Below, one piece after another: positions 62,121 through 64,000 of a stretch of 64,000 nt of DNA. The stretch lies in contig CAZPUL010000002.1 in assembly GCA_964589735.1 (NCBI GenBank), positions 8,176-72,175 of the forward strand, read 5' to 3'. A program made the translations under genes and the position numbers. Position 1 is the first letter of the stretch; each line of letters starts with the position of its first letter. The DNA is from an uncultured Verrucomicrobiota bacterium (lineage in GTDB: Bacteria > Verrucomicrobiota > Verrucomicrobiia > Limisphaerales > JAEYXS01). The notes under the pieces were generated by a model. That model did no database searches. It saw only the letters and a list, made by a program, of their open reading frames with translations, and was not told the origin of the DNA.

Positions 62121-64000
62121 ATGAGAACACTTACCTTGCTACCATGTGTCGCGCTGTTGCTGGCAGCGGGAGTCTCTGCTTTGCAAGCAGTTCCGACGGC
62201 AAATCCAGATACTGGAGCCACACCGGCGAACCAGCTTTTGACCGTCGGTAGCCCTGGTGTTCTGGCAAATGACTCTGGCACTGGGGTTTTGACCGTTAAC
62301 GGTAACGCTCCCCAGCAGAGTTATTCTTTTGCGGGTTTTACCTTCGATCAGTTGAGCACGCCGAATGTTTATACATCCTTGGCCGCAGGCACCTATAGTG
62401 GGGCCATCGTGACCCATCTGCCGATTGCTGTCACGGGTGAGATCACTGGGTTTCCGAGCAGTACGGTGGGTTTTGATTCCTCATTGTCGATTGGCCGCCA
62501 GTTTACCGTTACCACCGGGGTGCGTGCGTTGAACCTGCCGAATGGGAACAACGGCACGACCCGGCGCAGTGGTTTTGAACTGTCGTGGAACAATGGTTTG
62601 ATCCTCACGAACGATACGGGGAATGACTTTGTGGTCTATGAATCCGGCTCCAATGCCACCACGCCGGAAGGTTTCATGGTGCAGGTCCATGACCGGATCA
62701 ACAATGTGTGGAGTGTCTGGGTTTACCAGCCGGCCACGGCGGTGGCGACCACTTCCGGTTCGGAAACGGCTTTTGCCATGCTGTTTGACCTCAGCGGATT
62801 CGGCATCGCTGCCAATGGTGAGGTGGATGGCATCCGGGTGGTTAACCTGACCGATGAGGACCGGATGGTGGATGCCAGCGGTGTGGGGGTAGTGATTCCC
62901 GAAGACAACGGGGCTACGAGCGCGTTTTTGCCAGACCCGGGCTCCTTGGCTTCGTTCGAGACTTACGGTGCCAGCACGCTGGACCCGGACCCGATCTATG
63001 TCGGCATCTTGCGCCCTTTGACGCCCGGAACGCCGGCGTTTGACGCGAACAGCGCTTTGGGAGCGCCCGTCAACGTGAACCCGGACGGCAGTTATACCTA
63101 TGACCCGCGCGGTGTGCTTACCCTGCGGCAACTGGCCGCCGGGGCCACGATGGATGATACCTTCAGTTATACGGTGCAGGATGACGACGGTTTTGACACT
63201 GCCACGGTGACCATCACCGTGACCGGGGTGAACGAAGATCCGGTCGGCGTGAATGATGCGTATGCCGCCAGCGAGGATTCGGTCCTGTCGGTGCCCACCG
63301 CGACGGGCGTGCTGGTGAATGATACGGATGTGGATACCGGCGCGGTTCTCTCGGTGACGGCCTTCGACGCCTTCAGCGTGCAGGGGGCAGTGGTTGCGGT
63401 GGCAACAGATGGCAGTTTCACTTACAATCCGGCGGCGGTTCCGGCCATCCAGGCGCTCTCGGTGGGGCAAACGCTGGTGGATACGTTCACATACACTGTT
63501 TCTGACGCCAATGGTGGCAGTGATACGGCGATCACGGTGAGTATCACGGTGAGCGGCCGCAACAACCCGCCCATGGCCGTGGCCGACACCGGTTTTGCCA
63601 CTGCTTCGGACACGGTGCTCAATGTGCCCGCGCCTGGTGTCCTGGCGAATGACACGGACCCGGATGCCGGTGACGTCTTGCGGGTGGAAGGTCCGGGGCA
63701 GCAGCTTTACACCTTTGCCACAGTCACTTTTGATCAAGCCGGCACACCGACCATCCTCACCACCCTGGCACCCGGCACCTATGATGGAGCGGTGATCGAT
63801 GCCGAACCGGCGGACCTGACGAACGCCCGTAGCGGTTTTCCGGATGACGCCACGAATTTCAAAGGTGAGTATTCCTTGGGCCGCCTCTTTGAATCTTCCG
63901 CCGGCACCACAGTGCGCGGGGTGAATCTCCCCTTGGGTGATGTGGGAACGGCGTTCCGCAGTGGCGTTCAATTGTCATGGGAAAACGGACTGAGTCTGAC
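62121..64000 (+). CDS. Giant repeat-rich surface protein (cadherin/VCBS-like 'VNDxP...DTD' Ig-type repeats plus a novel duplicated module); 3' end lies outside the window; not in the supplied ORF track
   Basis: Manual translation from ATG 62121 finds no stop through 64000. Signal 'MRTLTLLPCVALLLAAGVSALQA'. 'TVTITVTGVNEDPVGVNDAYAASEDSVLSV...GVLVNDTDVD' and 'ITVSGRNNPPMAVADTGF...GVLANDTDPD'. Confidence 0.85.
   Translation, partial: MRTLTLLPCVALLLAAGVSALQAVPTANPDTGATPANQLLTVGSPGVLANDSGTGVLTVNGNAPQQSYSFAGFTFDQLSTPNVYTSLAAGTYSGAIVTHLPIAVTGEITGFPSSTVGFDSSLSIGRQFTVTTGVRALNLPNGNNGTTRRSGFELSWNNGLILTNDTGNDFVVYESGSNATTPEGFMVQVHDRINNVWSVWVYQPATAVATTSGSETAFAMLFDLSGFGIAANGEVDGIRVVNLTDEDRMVDASGVGVVIPEDNGATSAFLPDPGSLASFETYGASTLDPDPIYVGILRPLTPGTPAFDANSALGAPVNVNPDGSYTYDPRGVLTLRQLAAGATMDDTFSYTVQDDDGFDTATVTITVTGVNEDPVGVNDAYAASEDSVLSVPTATGVLVNDTDVDTGAVLSVTAFDAFSVQGAVVAVATDGSFTYNPAAVPAIQALSVGQTLVDTFTYTVSDANGGSDTAITVSITVSGRNNPPMAVADTGFATASDTVLNVPAPGVLANDTDPDAGDVLRVEGPGQQLYTFATVTFDQAGTPTILTTLAPGTYDGAVIDAEPADLTNARSGFPDDATNFKGEYSLGRLFESSAGTTVRGVNLPLGDVGTAFRSGVQLSWENGLSL

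Noticed and set aside
62481-63971. A 496-aa minus-strand ORF listed in the track.
   Set aside because: It is the shadow of the open-ended + strand adhesin gene (62121..>64000), which has a signal peptide and recognisable repeats.

Overview
GC-rich, gene-dense chromosomal segment. Gene content suggests the PVC superphylum, most likely Verrucomicrobiota; this is inferred from gene content only. The pointers are a DUF1549/DUF1553 + DUF1501 pair, a PEP-CTERM protein, a sulfatase, and many Tat 'RRxFL' signal peptides on beta-helix, LamG, Gfo/Idh/MocA and TIM-barrel proteins. I support 54 CDS, one tRNA-Phe(GAA) and an SRP (4.5S) RNA in the classic ffs-dnaX-ybaB-recR arrangement. Two CDS are missing from the supplied ORF track: a 57-aa zinc-ribbon ORF at 17885..18058 (below the size cutoff) and a large repeat-rich adhesin gene at 62121..>64000 (open-ended at the window edge). 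Housekeeping anchors are lpxD, dnaX, ybaB, recR, prmC, murA, lepB and sixA. I saw no CRISPR array, integrase, transposase, phage structural module or recognisable defence gene. All family calls are by-eye motif recognition, since no searches could be run. Five things stand out. (1) Intergenic DNA is a mosaic of at least eight short repeat families. One is a 180-bp foldback MITE with TA target-site duplications, and one of its copies is nested inside another repeat. Several hairpin modules keep their pairing through compensatory changes between copies. (2) A trimeric-fibre-like protein with a C-terminal S74 intramolecular-chaperone domain and a 4-bp-overlapping small secreted partner sits outside any prophage. 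(3) A signalling protein has orphan HisKA boxes, a receiver domain and a catalytically degenerate cyclase-homology domain, and lies tail-to-tail with an FHA-DUF4388 protein. (4) A DHQS-like cyclase / GH18 / alkaline-phosphatase-family operon resembles part of the ebo cluster. (5) There is a Tat-exported pyruvyl-transferase/LamG/FAD-oxidoreductase operon and an 823-aa secreted protein of unknown family with an obvious internal duplication. I cannot name one definitive novel system, so the findings are ranked by interest.
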